Assembly (NCBI RefSeq): GCF_009914755.1
Contig: NC_060934.1
Reading direction: 5' to 3' (one strand)
DNA from: the human T2T-CHM13v2.0 reference genome, Homo sapiens
DNA: 64,000 nt
Numbering within the stretch: the first letter of the stretch is position 1; each line of letters starts with the position of its first letter. A program made the position numbers and the translations under genes. This document shows, one piece after another, positions 30,754 through 43,762 of the stretch. The notes beneath the pieces are model-generated. The model saw only the letters and a list, made by a program, of their open reading frames with translations, was not told where the DNA came from and did not search any database.

Positions 30754-33242
30754 TAGGTATGCTTTCGCACTTTCCCCATCTTAGAATGAAGTAGAAAGTC
30801 TTGCACTAACTAGACGTATAAGACAAGGTCATCTTTTAATATGGGCCACTTGCAATTGGTGTATTGTGTTCAGGGTGACCTAGACTGGTTGTGTAGCATG
30901 CTGGAGCAAATAACACGTGTGTGTTTGTGTGAGTGCATGTGAGTCACTCTAGTCGGGGTGCAAGTTCTGTTTTTCTCATCTTAAGGTTATAATTCAGTTA
31001 GACTTCTTAAGGTTATAATCCCACATCCAAAGGTTTTTATCTAACCTAGTCTACCACGGCTAGCATTTTTCAAGGTCACCAGATGCTACCATGGTTGTGT
31101 CCAGTTACACAATGAATCTAGATGAGTTAAGACCTGAACAGAAGTCATCCTCCCTAGCATGCCTGTGGGATTATTTTGCTGAGCATTGGCTTCCCTTTTT
31201 GCATTGGGCCTATAACAAATAATCCTCTTTGGTTAAGTGGCCATTATCTTTACACCTTGTTGCTACACTGATCTTCAGATGGGAGAGTTGCAAGTTAATA
31301 CCTGTTAGCCAGCTCAAGGGAGACACCTCATTCTGGTAGTAAAGTTATGCCTCTTCTATGCAAAGAAACTATTTATTTTCATTGCAACTCAGAAAGATCA
31401 TCCATCGTAATCATACTGCATTTAAAGTGGGATTTGTTCTCCAAAATGAAACTTGTGTTTAAAGGTTTCCTCCTGCACTCACAGCCTAAAAATGCAGATC
31501 TGTTCCCTGAAGAGATGGGGGAAAATGTCTCCAGCTTAAATATATGAACGCTGTGTAATGGAGACCATTACATATGGCTTAGGTCCCTCAAGAGAAGCAG
31601 TGATAACTTCTTTCTCATAAGTAGGATATAAACCATATTTAATTATCAGCCTTTATATGGATCCTATCAATTTCTGCATAAAGAAAGCAGATCTAGGAAA
31701 ACTTTTAGTTAAGCTATAAAATATAATTTTCATTTCATGGCTTCTGTGACTACATGAGAGGAATAAAAATGGAATTAAAAGGGAGACTTAAATTTACTCA
31801 CTTTCATGAAAGACAAACGTGTTGAAGTAGTGGGCCACTACCTCATGACGATGCAAATTTACAAGCTCTTATTTAACCTACATTTTGGCTAATTACAATA
31901 CACCTCCATCTATGGCATTTTCACTTGCCTTCATGCTGCGGAAGCCACATGAAGATATGATCCTTTAAAGAAACCTGACTTCTTTAGAACACAAACAAGT
32001 TCAGGAATCTAACGTGGAATTTTATAGGAGCTGAACTCCATCCAGTCTCCAAGTACTCATAAAATTCAAGGGCTTGTTTTTGCACATCCCTAAGTATAAC
32101 ACTTAATGTGCTGTTGTAACTTCCCAGCGCTCCCTTGTCTAATAGGCACTGAATCTAACAGTTTTACAGTTTGGGAAGACTCAGTGCTAGAAAAATGTCA
32201 GGCAAGTCTAATGAGGCTTCAGATCCCCTGGTTTGCGCTAGAGTTTAATTTAAAGTTACAATGATGTTTTAACATGTTTGCTTATACTTGACTAAAGAGG
32301 ATTCGTTATTTCAATGACATAACCTCCAGACAATGTTCTGAGAATTGATTTAAGATGTGGTGGTAATTCCAACAGCCTTAATGCAGAGTTGAACATCTGT
32401 AACAACATTTTACTCGACTTTTCATCAGCATTCTGTTTTCAAGCAAAAGCAACGTCTTCCAGAAACACTGGCCAGAACTCTGGGCTTACTTCAAAATGAT
32501 TACATATTTCACTAGATTTTTTAAAAAAGAAATATCTTCCTTTATCAGCCGCGCCAGACTGCAAACACTGTGTCAGGGTTTACCAAGCCTCTTTATGGTC
32601 CTTGGAGTGAAATGGGGCAATGATTGCAACTCCCAGCCTTCCCTAATTCAGTCTAATGCCTGCATTAGATGGACCTGATGCTCAGCTCTAGCCTGGGGCA
32701 CATTCCCTCTGCCCTGTTTCCCCAGTGAGATTTAAGGGGATGATGCCCTTTAAGATTTAAAGGTGAGTTTATTGGCTGGAGTTAAAAAACAGTTCAAAGC
32801 AAATAAACTCAGAAACGTAATAAAAGGCAAACAACTCATAAACATGAGTCAACCGCTATCTCCATTATGTTATTAATCACCACATCTGGAGAAACCCACA
32901 TCTGTACACACTTAGCAGGTCATTAGTAATGTCATATTCACACTGGAGTCACTCAGAATAAGAGTCATGCAAAGTGGTTTGAACACAAAGGCATCTAGCT
33001 AACAGGGCTTCCGACTGAAGTCTTGCACAAGCTGCCAGTTTGGGGGTGAGGTCGTTTTAATTATTATTAATCGTTTTTTACGGTTTTCCCTTTTGGTATT
33101 TTGCTGCCCAACAAGCTAAGTGCAAGCTGAAATCCACAGTAGTGCATCGCTCTTCTTCAACTGAGCTCAGCATGGTAAAGTAGAATGTTGAGGGCTGCAG
33201 GGTAGTTATTAAAAATGGGAATGGGTCCCAGTCTTCCTTCAC

Positions 33243-33329
33243 CTGGCTCGGTCACAAGCCGAGAATTGGGAGTCTCCTTCTTGAACTCAAATGGATCTTT
33301 GGAATAGCGTGATCTAGCTGCAACCTTGA
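33243..33329 (-). CDS. KCNMA1: Alternative cassette exon at site C2 (e22-type), 87 nt: (L)KVAARSRYSKDPFEFKKETPNSRLVTEP(V)
   Basis: Acceptor ttgtttggcag|TC and donor CCAG|gtgaag; phase 1-1; open frame; matches the known 29-aa BK insert; too short for the ORF track. Confidence 0.95.
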
Positions 33330-34573
33330 CTGCCAAACAATAAGGAGAAAAGAAAATGGAAATTAATCCATAGTGAAATTTCTTTTAGAAAAGTTCCAAA
33401 CAATTTTAACATTGAATAGCTTTGAATCAAACTGGAAGTTTCTCCCTCACAGCTGAATTGCCATTTTTTTCCCTTTCTTTTACCCTGATGACTTCCTGCA
33501 ATTCTTTTTGCCGTCTTATTGTCATCTGTATCAGTAGGGATAATACTTCTGGAAATTCAGAAGACAATCTTCTTGGTATAATTTCCAAAAATATACTGAG
33601 TTCCCCGTCACCCCACAACATGTACAGACACCGAAAACTCAGTTTAGCAGCAGGATCAGACCCATTCTTTCCTGAAGTCTGCTAAAACAAATTCTACTGA
33701 ATAATCATTATATTCCGAGTCATCAATCCTTGGTGATAAACTTTTGCTGTCTGTCTCGAACTGCCGGCTTGGTCAGCCCCCTTAGTTGTGGTATCAGTGC
33801 CTAACATTAAATGCCGTGAGTTTGCCACTCCTCAGAAAGACAGATCCACGGCATTTCCTTCGGCCGTCAGCGACACCAGTGAAAAGTGGGTGTTTCAAAT
33901 GTTGTTTTACTAAAATGAAGGGTATGGAGTGATGGTAAAATTCCTGGAATTTTACAACAGTCGTGTTGCAAAATGTAATTCACCATGAACAAAACTCCCA
34001 AGCTGACCTAAGCTCTCTCTGATATGACTGTTTAAGACTTTCACCAGAAAGTTTGTGCAAGTTAACTCTCAAAGTCTTACGGCATGGCCACAAGAGCGCA
34101 GTCTCTGGATTGGAGGATGGAATGGTGCCTGGCTGTTTCTCACACGAACCAGACGGGTAAGAGGGTGTGGTTGTTTCCTTAAGCGATGATGGGAAAACAA
34201 CCACAAAAATAATAATACATGCCAGCTGAACAACCCATACTGTGAATTTGGTAGTATGATTCCTGTAAAGGAGCACTTGACTGCTGTTTCGGGATGGATC
34301 CCGTGGTGGGGAATGCCATGTGTCCATCGACGAGGCTGAGCTATTAAGCACAGCTAGGATCAGGCAAGCCAGGCAATGGAGCCAAGTTCTACGCCCAGAG
34401 AGTAGTGGGCAGTATCAGGGTGCAGGGGAGTTAAAGTGGGTGATGTCCTTGGAATGAGAGTTTCTTGCCTGACAACCTTGAATAGCACATATCACTAAGA
34501 AGTTTGATAAGCACTGCAGTATTCTTCATAAAAATCAACTATAAATCTATTTTTTGAAAGATCGTGGCTAATA

Positions 34574-34652
34574 TTTTCTTTTTCTGAGACAAGGGGTCTT
34601 TGTTGCCCAGGCTGGTGTGCAGTGGTGTTATCTTAGTTCACTGCAACCTCTG
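34574..34652 (-). mobile_element. Alu 3' fragment
   Basis: T-run followed by tgagacaaggggtctttgttgcccaggctgg...cactgcaacctc. Confidence 0.8.
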
Positions 34653-36012
34653 ACATCACGGCTAACATTAATCCACAGATTAGGAAAAGAAGAAAGATGC
34701 TGCCCCTTAAAAGCAACCCCAACGATCATAATATCTCAAACATATACACCTCTCTAAAATCAAACAACCACATTATCATATACATTATTCTGGCAGGATA
34801 ATTTCACAACTTCTAGCTAGGAAATAGGAAACACATTTACTTGGAAAACCTAATGGGTATCAGTTTTTAAAAAATCTATCGTTATGCAGAATAAGAATTT
34901 CAAAAAATGTCTAAGTGACCTGTACTGCCCTAGGACAGGCATAGGGAGTGCCCACCCCATGGTAGGCTGCCAGGGCAGGGAAGGGAGGCTTGTTGGAGCT
35001 TTTGCATTTCTGGCTTTTGTGGAGCTAATAGGAAAATGGGGAGGGAGACTTTAAGGAACAATAGGTTATGTAGAAGTTAATCACAGGGTGTATTTCTGGC
35101 TCTATTCACTGCCTAGGAAACCTGAATTGTGTAAGTTTGAGTCCATCAACACAGAGTAATGAAAGAATTCAGCTCCTCCATAGGAGAGAGAAAAAAAATA
35201 CTATATAAATATATGAACAGAATCCACATGACATGGAATGCAGTGTTCTCTACAAAATACTGCGGGCCTAATGGATCCTCTAGAATCCAATTGGGTAAAT
35301 TAGATGTGCCCATGCTACCCATGCCATAGGCCCTCAACCCCAATCTCAAACTATGTTCTGTATGCATCCTGAGAGGAACTCAGCATGTACCAAAGCCCCC
35401 CATATCTAGAATCGCAGCTCATATATCTTCGCTGTAGACTTGACCTGTTAGAATCATTGCCCAACACTCCGCCCTGTTCAGTATTCAGTAGAAAATCCTT
35501 TTGGAATTTTCTGGTTGCCTTTAGCCCTTTTCTTTTTCCCTGGAATAGACTCTCTATTACCTCAAGGGCAAAGAAAAGTCTCAAGCAAAGATCACTAGGT
35601 ATTAGTTTCTTAGAGATGAGACACAGAGATGAACGATGGAATTCTAAGAGGAAATGCACAATTGAAAAGAAAAATTCGAGAACTTCCCTGAATTTTTGCT
35701 ATGGGGTTTGGAGAATGGGAAGGTACTAGGAGATGGGAGATAATTTTTACTTTACATCCAACTGGGAGGGCTGGGGAATGTATAGAAGTCCAATACAAAC
35801 AGCCCCTCCCAACTTTCCTTTCCTTCTCTCCCTACTCCCTACTCCTGACACCAAAAGCCAACTTTCGGCTTTGTGGCAAAAGTTAAACCTGACTCCTTTA
35901 GGTTGCCCTAGCACTTGCAGTCCGCGTTTGTGAGGGACAACTTTTAGAGTAGGGATGAAACCTGCCACATCCTGGGCACCAACAGCTGCTTCTTTCTCAT
36001 CTTTCTCAAGTT

Positions 36013-36327
36013 CAGGGGTCAGCAAACTGTAGCCTGCCACCTGTTTTTGTACATCACATGAGCTAAGAGTGTGTTTACATTTTTAAGTCATTGGGGAAAC
36101 AAAATCTAAGAATAATAATATTTGGTAACCCACTAAAAAGATATGAAATTTGGTGGCTATAAATAAAATTTTATCAGACCATAGCCACAGTTGTTGGTTT
36201 ACCAGCCATCCCTGGCTGCTTCCATCTCTAACGACAAAGTTGAGGACTTGCCATAGAGACCATATGGGTTGCAAAGACTAAGATATTAACTCGCTGACCT
36301 TTGACAGAGAAAGTTTGCTGACCCCTG
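36013..36327. mobile_element. MER58B-like MITE with perfect 16-bp TIRs
   Basis: caggggtcagcaaact ... agtttgctgacccctg. Confidence 0.85.
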
Positions 36328-36365
36328 CAGTAGTTTAATCTTCTCACATTTCCCTTGCTTTCCAG

Positions 36366-36560
36366 TCTCCACAAAGAACAATGTTCTTCCCAACCTGCCA
36401 AGACAGCCAAATAACAAAAGAAATACCCGTGGAGCCCACCTGAAGTGCACAGATCTGGGGACATTGGGAGGAACAGAGGTAGCTTAGTGACTCTACTGTC
36501 CCTACCACCCAACCTGCTATTAGCCCTGCTGGTCCGCTCGTGTTTGAGGTCATGAGTCAG
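36366..36560 (+). ncRNA. Candidate exon of an antisense lncRNA (possibly KCNMA1-AS1)
   Basis: Acceptor ttctcacatttcccttgctttccag| and consensus donor CAG|gtgagt; an antisense lncRNA at this locus is recalled, not verified. Confidence 0.4.
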
Positions 36561-39500
36561 GTGAGTTTCACATTTTCCAACTCAAGCTAAGTTAGATTCA
36601 TCCACCCAGTACTTTGGAAAGCAAGGCGAACCACATCTACCGTGAGCAATTCCTCGAAGCTGTCAGCGTGTGCTGCCAGTCCACCCTGCGAGAGCCCCGT
36701 ACAAGACAACAGATTAACCATTAGACTAGATATGTTGAAAATATACAGCTTCAACCTTTCCCCAGCTAGCTCAGAGCGATATATAGATGATTATTTCAAC
36801 CGTCAGCTGCCGCATAGATTTAAACCTCTGCACAATAACTCCTGGATTCATCTGCCCCTTGTCAAACTTGCACAGCTTTAGTTGGAGGATACATGGTGTG
36901 GCAGTTTCACTGTGAATCCAGAATGATCCAGACGGCTGCTGTCTCTTTGTTAACAGGAAGCCAAACTGATGAGTTTGTAATGCATTTCTTATCAAAGGTA
37001 GTTTCAGAAAAGAAAATGTGCCCCATCAGTTTGGCTAGAATTTCACATACACAAGATTATAGGCTTAATCAGAATATCTCTGTTATTTTCTTGAGGAAAT
37101 AGATAATTCCACATCCATTCCATTAAATCATTTTATGCCAATGAATTATGTATTTATGAATTTATAATTATCCTTGATTTTTCTTCCCCTTTTGCAGTCT
37201 ACTTAATAAAATCATCAGCTGGAGCTTACAAAGCAATAGTGCTTAATAGATACAAGCATGCTAATATATTTTTTAAGTGAATGCTGATCTTTCTGAGCTG
37301 TGTGTCTAAAATCATCATTGTGAATAAAAGAATTGTAATTTCCAACCCATACATTTAACAAAGACAAAGTGGACTGTAATGGAATTTATGGAGCCTGTAA
37401 AGGAACTCTTTTTCTAAGACGGTTTATAATCAAATAGATTTGGATTTACTGTAGGTCAAATCAGGTCCCCCGATGTGTATCAAGAAAAAAATGCCTGTAA
37501 GATACCAAACACTGCTCCTGGCACCCTGGAAGGGCTCACACCCATGGCTACAGCTGCTAGTTTCCTGGTGTCCTCATTGTTTCCACCCCTAGTGAATTCA
37601 GTACTTAAATGTCAGCTTTGAAATCAATATTTATACTGTCTTCACTTAAAATTATGACATTCTGTTCATCCTGGATTTTTTAAATTTTGATTATTTTGAA
37701 AATATTTTATTTTGATAGTTTGAAAATATTGCATGAAACTATCATTTATCTTGATTCCTGAGGTTTTGGGTCTCCTCTTAAATTTGGTGCCCAGGGCAAA
37801 AGCTTCTCTCACCTCGCCCAATTTCCAGCCCTGAACACCATTTCTCAAAGGTGTTTGAGGTACTGGTTCTGCCACCCCACAGAACTGGACAAGGCAAATC
37901 TAACACAAGACTTATTTCTTTTGATCACTTCATGCTGTTTGCATGAGATTGTTAAGGAAGGCCCTTGCAACAAACACTTCCTCGTGGATTTACAAATTGT
38001 CAGGCATCCCAAGGAGTGGAGAAAAGATCATGCTGCCTCAGGAATCTGAGATTTGCCACCTGCCCAGAGTGAGAAACAGAAAAGAGAGCTGGGGTCAGGT
38101 CTCTCGTGGACTTTATTTCACATCCCACATCAAATCCTCCTGGTTAACACAATGTTGATTTACATTTCCACTTTGGGGTGAAAGTTTTTATTTGCTTACA
38201 TATTTTGACACCAATGTTACTTTCTTTTTCTTTCCCCCCACCCCCAAACAGGTTCAAATAGCCATGACTGGCAGAAGATGTCAATCACATTTCATTTCCA
38301 TTTTCACTTTGCTGTTTACATTCTTTAAATTAATGCTTGCCCCAATGATTGTGATATTTAAAGACCAGCCTAGAATCTAATTGTGTATATGTGAAACTGT
38401 TTTCTAAACCATAAGATGTTATATAAATACAAACCACTATTATTATTAACATTATTACTATTGGCTCATCCGGAAATACCATATCTTCCATTGAGCCAAT
38501 GGTGTCAAGAGCCCCCTAGAATTCTAATATATATTCCAGATGGGTGCACTGATACTTCCTTTCAAACTCAGATAAAGGTAAAATGCATGGGTTTTTAGTG
38601 CAAGCCAGGTGCCCGACGAAGAATATTCTGCCAGAACACTTTAGAAATACAGTATGCTTTTAACCTTGGGAGGTAAGGACCAGTGTGGATTATGACTTTA
38701 CACTAAACACAGCATTTAGTATATTTCTTAAGGGCATAATCACCTTCTATAGATGTTCTTGAACTATAAAATCTTTATCTGTATGCTATCATAATTTATC
38801 CTCGGACACATCCTGTGCAATATTTTATAATGCTAGTGTATGGTGAGCCTTTCTGGTCAATGCATTGGAGAACAAGGTGTGGAGTGCAACAGAAGGGCTG
38901 GAAGCGGCTTGGGGATGCTCTGGCCTCACCCTCTTTTGCGTCATAGCTGCACTCATACGCAGACCCTGACCCAGGACCCAGGTCGGCTGACTTCTAATTC
39001 AGATCATTTGCTGCCAGAATTCTGCCTGTGAGTGAGAACAGCATGAGGATATGAGCTTCTTGAGTCAGTCCACCTGCCCAAGTCCCAGCTCTGACCCTCT
39101 TTAGAGCTCTGATCTCAGACCAGTTACTCCATACCTCAATGTCCTACGATCTACTGTGATCCCTACTGGACCAAGGACACCAAATTTCGGAGATGCTTTG
39201 GGATTATGTGACATAACCAGGGGGCTGCAGGCTGACAGCCTGAGGACCAACTACTGTCCCCAGTGTGCTGAGCTTGGCACCAACCTGCTGATACACAGGA
39301 TTTCACATGTGGGACAATCTTTAAGTCTGAAGATTGTCCATACAAATATGGATTTCTAACTTCTAATTAAAAATCTTGTAGAGGACTGAGTCTTCATTCC
39401 AAAAGGGTGCCATTCTCCTGGGGCAGGAGCTTATCAGCTGCTCAAATGCCCCACTGCTGCCTACTGTACCCCCATATATAGGGCAGACACCCCATGTTTG

Positions 39501-42172
39501 CATTTCTGGCCCTGGAACCAGTGACACTCAAGTGTACCATCCCCGAAATAAAGATTTTAAGGCATGGGATATCCCTCCACAAATGCCTACTCACATTGAG
39601 TGGGTAGAGAGGTTAAGAGTTAACCACACAGGTCTTAAAGCCACATTGTTGGGTCTGAACCTAGGTATTTGGCAAATTATCTAACTTCAGTTTTCTCACC
39701 AATAAAATGAGAATTAGAGTACCTATCTAATAGGTTGTTGTGAGAATTGACTGAAAATGTGAAAAGCACTTAAAAGAATTCCTGGTGAGCTCTTTCTAAA
39801 TGCTACCCATGATTATTGCCTTGGCTTTGAAGAGTCAGAGCAATGAGAGTTCTCTGCTGCTGGGTCCTTCTCCACACCAGTCTGCCACATTTGGACATGG
39901 TGTAATTCACATGGGTCCATACTCTCTCTCCTTCCCCAAGCAATTGAGCCGCTAACCAACACTTAGAATGGGGTGAGCATTCCCACCCCCACCTGACCCC
40001 TAGCCTTGCATCTCATTCAACTGTCACCTTTGTCCCTTGTTTCATATGGCCCCAATGAAGTGCTCAAGTCAAATAATTAGGTTTTGCCAAATGTCATAAA
40101 AACAAGAAAAGCCAGAAAACGTTTAAACGGACCTCAATTGGAGAAGGCTGGAACCATTCAGGGCAAGAACAAATGAAAGACAGATGGGGACAGAGGAACC
40201 CCACTGTTTCCTCTAAATTACAGGAAATTCACGCCGTCTGATTGTGAGGGCCTCTTTTCTTTCCCTTGAATTTCTGCTGGGAGGTCATGGGATTGATCGG
40301 CGTATGCAGACACATGGGAGACAGAAGAAGGGGCAGAGGCATGGCGGGGTAGAGAGGCAGTGACTCCTTCACCAGGCTCTCCCACCATGTCTTCCTTTCA
40401 CCTGACTACTTGACCACCCTTGAAGGGACAGCCTAGGCTGCCTCCTCCAGGGGGCCTTCCCAGATGATTATGACAAGATCAATTCTCTCCTTTCTTTAAA
40501 AAATCCCCTGGCACTTCTGATCTCATGCCTTGCATTATTATAATTTGTGTTCAATTCTAATGTGTTCTACTCCCCCAGCTAGGCTTATAAGCTCCTCTGT
40601 TGGAGTTCACATATCACTGAGTCTCTCACAATGCTGGGCCCTGAAAAGTTCCCAATAAATAGCTCCGAGCAGCTACAGAGGCGATGTTGCAAAGGGGAGA
40701 AGCACAGCTTAGTGATCAGGAGCCCCGGGGTTCTAGGCCTGCCTTGGATCAACTGTGTGGCCTTGGCAAGACACTTCCCTTTCCTGGGGGGATGAGCATT
40801 AGTTAAGTATGAGACCCTTCTGGCTCTGATTTGTAATGACTCTGAGTTTAATGTCGGGCATACCTTTTTCTTGTTCTTTTCTTTAAAATCTTTTTAAAGA
40901 TGCACAATAAGAGAGAACCACAAGCCTAGCCAGAGAAATTAGATAATTGCATTAAATACGAATATACGAACTCATAAGTTACATAAATGCAACAGTACAA
41001 AAGATGTTGCATGAGAATGTCAAGGGAGGGCTACATGAAATGTCTTAGACAATAAGTTAAGTCCTAGAGAGAGAATTGTTCAGGAAAAAAAAAAAAGAAA
41101 GGAAGAAAAAGAAGACGACTTGAAACAAGAATAGGATGAATAGAGAGGTCCCGTATATCCCCAGATGGAGCACAGGGCCTGGCACTCAGGGGGCACTTGA
41201 CCCATGATGCTGAACAGACTAAGGAGTGGCAGTAGAGGGTGGGAAGGGCATGCCAGGTGGAGGACACAGTTTGAACCAAGGCAAGGTGGTTGGAAAATAC
41301 TAAACTGTATAAACTGTAAGAAAGTCAATTTGGCTAGAGCAGGAAAATGTGTTTGAGGGCACAGTTGGAGGTATAAAGGGCAGAGAGTGTAAGCGTTTAC
41401 ATTCCAAATGATAGAATTTGCACAATATTTAGTAATAATCTGAAGCCTCTGGGAAAGCTATTTTTCTTCTGATTTAAATACTGAAGTTCAAAGAGGATAG
41501 TGGGTGGGCTTTGCATCTTGGAAAAGTCTATCAGAAACTGCCTAGCTCGCTCAGCCCACTTTCCTTTCCAAGGTAAGAAACACACATTCATGCATGGAAA
41601 TAAAGCAGGGAGGCCCTTGGCAACTGTCCAGTTCCATTGAAGTTCTCATTTTTCTTTTTTTTCTGGAGAGCTTATTCAACAGGAAAATAAAGTTATCTAA
41701 TGCCTCAGAAAGGGGTCCCGTGAAACTCACAAGGCCTATTCCTCACAGCCCAGCCAGGTAAATTTACCCTGATTTCAGGATGGCTATTTCTTGTCTTCAA
41801 CTACTCCAGCTGATCCCATCCCCTCTACAGAGAACTGGAAGGAAACCCGTCAGGGTTTGACTTTTACATGAAAACTGACTGCAATCCATATTTTCAAAAA
41901 ATCATTTTCAACAAAACCAGTGCTTTAAAATAGATTCACTGAGAAGAAAATGTTTCCCCAATCCTCTCCTCCTTGATTTTGTTGAATCAATAACATTTCA
42001 AGATGTTCTCTGTGAAAATCACATGGGTGAGTTAAATAAGAACATACATTACATTATCTAGATCCTCAACTTGCAGCCCTTAGCGCAGTATGCCTGAGAA
42101 AAGTTTAAAAACTCAAAAGAGAGAAATCCTATTCAAAGAGTAAAATACTGCCTATGCTTCCAAAGTTCTTTA

Positions 42173-42535
<363 letters not shown>

Positions 42536-42934
42536 TCATCCTGAGACATATTTCAATTCTCCCCTTCTGTAACCTCAATAAATTCATTTTCTCCCACATA
42601 AGCTAATGTTTGCACTAAATATTCTGTACAAAGGAATACCGCAGACCATAAAAAAAACAGTAAAAAGATATAGCTGTGTCTTTTTTAAAAAACGGTTGAA
42701 AAATTGGGTATGTGTGGACAAAATAATTTTTAAAAATAGTTTTGCTTGCACATTTGATTTCTCTCTTCATTTATGATGCCCTAGTTGATGAGCTGATCAA
42801 CTTTTCTGTGAAAAGTCTTCCTAAAAAACAGAACAAAACTTAACAGAAACTCTGATCCTGTTTGTCAAAATGTAGTTCTGGCCCCGAGAGAAAGGCAATA
42901 TTCTTTGGATGACTTGGATTCTAAAGCAACTCTT

Positions 42935-43243
42935 TTATTAGTATTATTATTTACTTTTTTTTTTTTGAGACGGAGTCTCGCTCTGTCACCCAGGCTCCCA
43001 GGCTGGAATGCAGTGGTGCAATCTTGGCTCACTGCAACCTCTACCTCCCAGTTCAAGCAACTCTAGTGTCTCAGCCTCCAAAGTAGCTGAGATTATAGGC
43101 ACCTGACTAATGTTTGTATTTTTAGTAGAGACGGGGTTTCACCGTGTTGGCCAGGCTGGTCTCAAACTCCTAACCTCAAGTGATCTGCCCGCCTCAGCCT
43201 CCCAAAGTTCTGGGGTTACAGACGTGAGCCACTGCACCCAGCC
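42935..43243 (-). mobile_element. Alu (AluS-like)
   Basis: Dimer with small internal duplication and deletion; approximate TSD tggattcta(a/g)ag(c/t)aactctt. Confidence 0.94.
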
Positions 43244-43743
43244 TGGATTCTAGAGTAACTCTTGATGAAAGAACATCATACTAAGGTGATTTTTATATAA
43301 AACATTAATTCAGTATATCAATCAGTCACTTTAATAAAAATGCCCCTCATTATCCTGAGGTGAATAGAAGCCTATGGGATTAATTTGTGTAAATAGATAT
43401 TAGATTAAAATGGGAACTTGCCACATAACAATAATCAGATAGCATAGGCAATCCAATCTCAGTGCTGAATCCAGTATTGTGTAGTTACCTTTTAAAAACA
43501 GTAACATGTATTTAACTTGGACTTGCTTCAAGTAAGCACTGCATCAGGCAAGTTGGATTTCAAATAAACCTTAGCAATTGAGGGGCATTGTCGTACTGGA
43601 AGTATATCTCTTCAAACAACAGCAACAACAGTTTTAGATATTTATTTTAGAGAAATAAAGGAGACAATCTGCAAGAGAAAAGGCAGAAAGTGAGGAGGAG
43701 GAGAGTACCTAGAATCCAGGTAGAGGGTTTATTTCTAGAAAAG

Positions 43744-43762
43744 CAGCGCCACCTGCTGGTGG
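43744..43762 (-). promoter_or_regulatory. CTCF binding motif
   Basis: CCACCAGCAGGTGGCGCTG matches every core position of the CTCF consensus CCASYAGRKGGCRS; short GC-rich patch in AT-rich intron. Confidence 0.75.

Noticed and set aside
32490-32511. 22-nt exon-like unit with gtaagc donor
   Set aside because: An A-run interrupts the pyrimidine tract; frameshifting; likely a pseudo-exon
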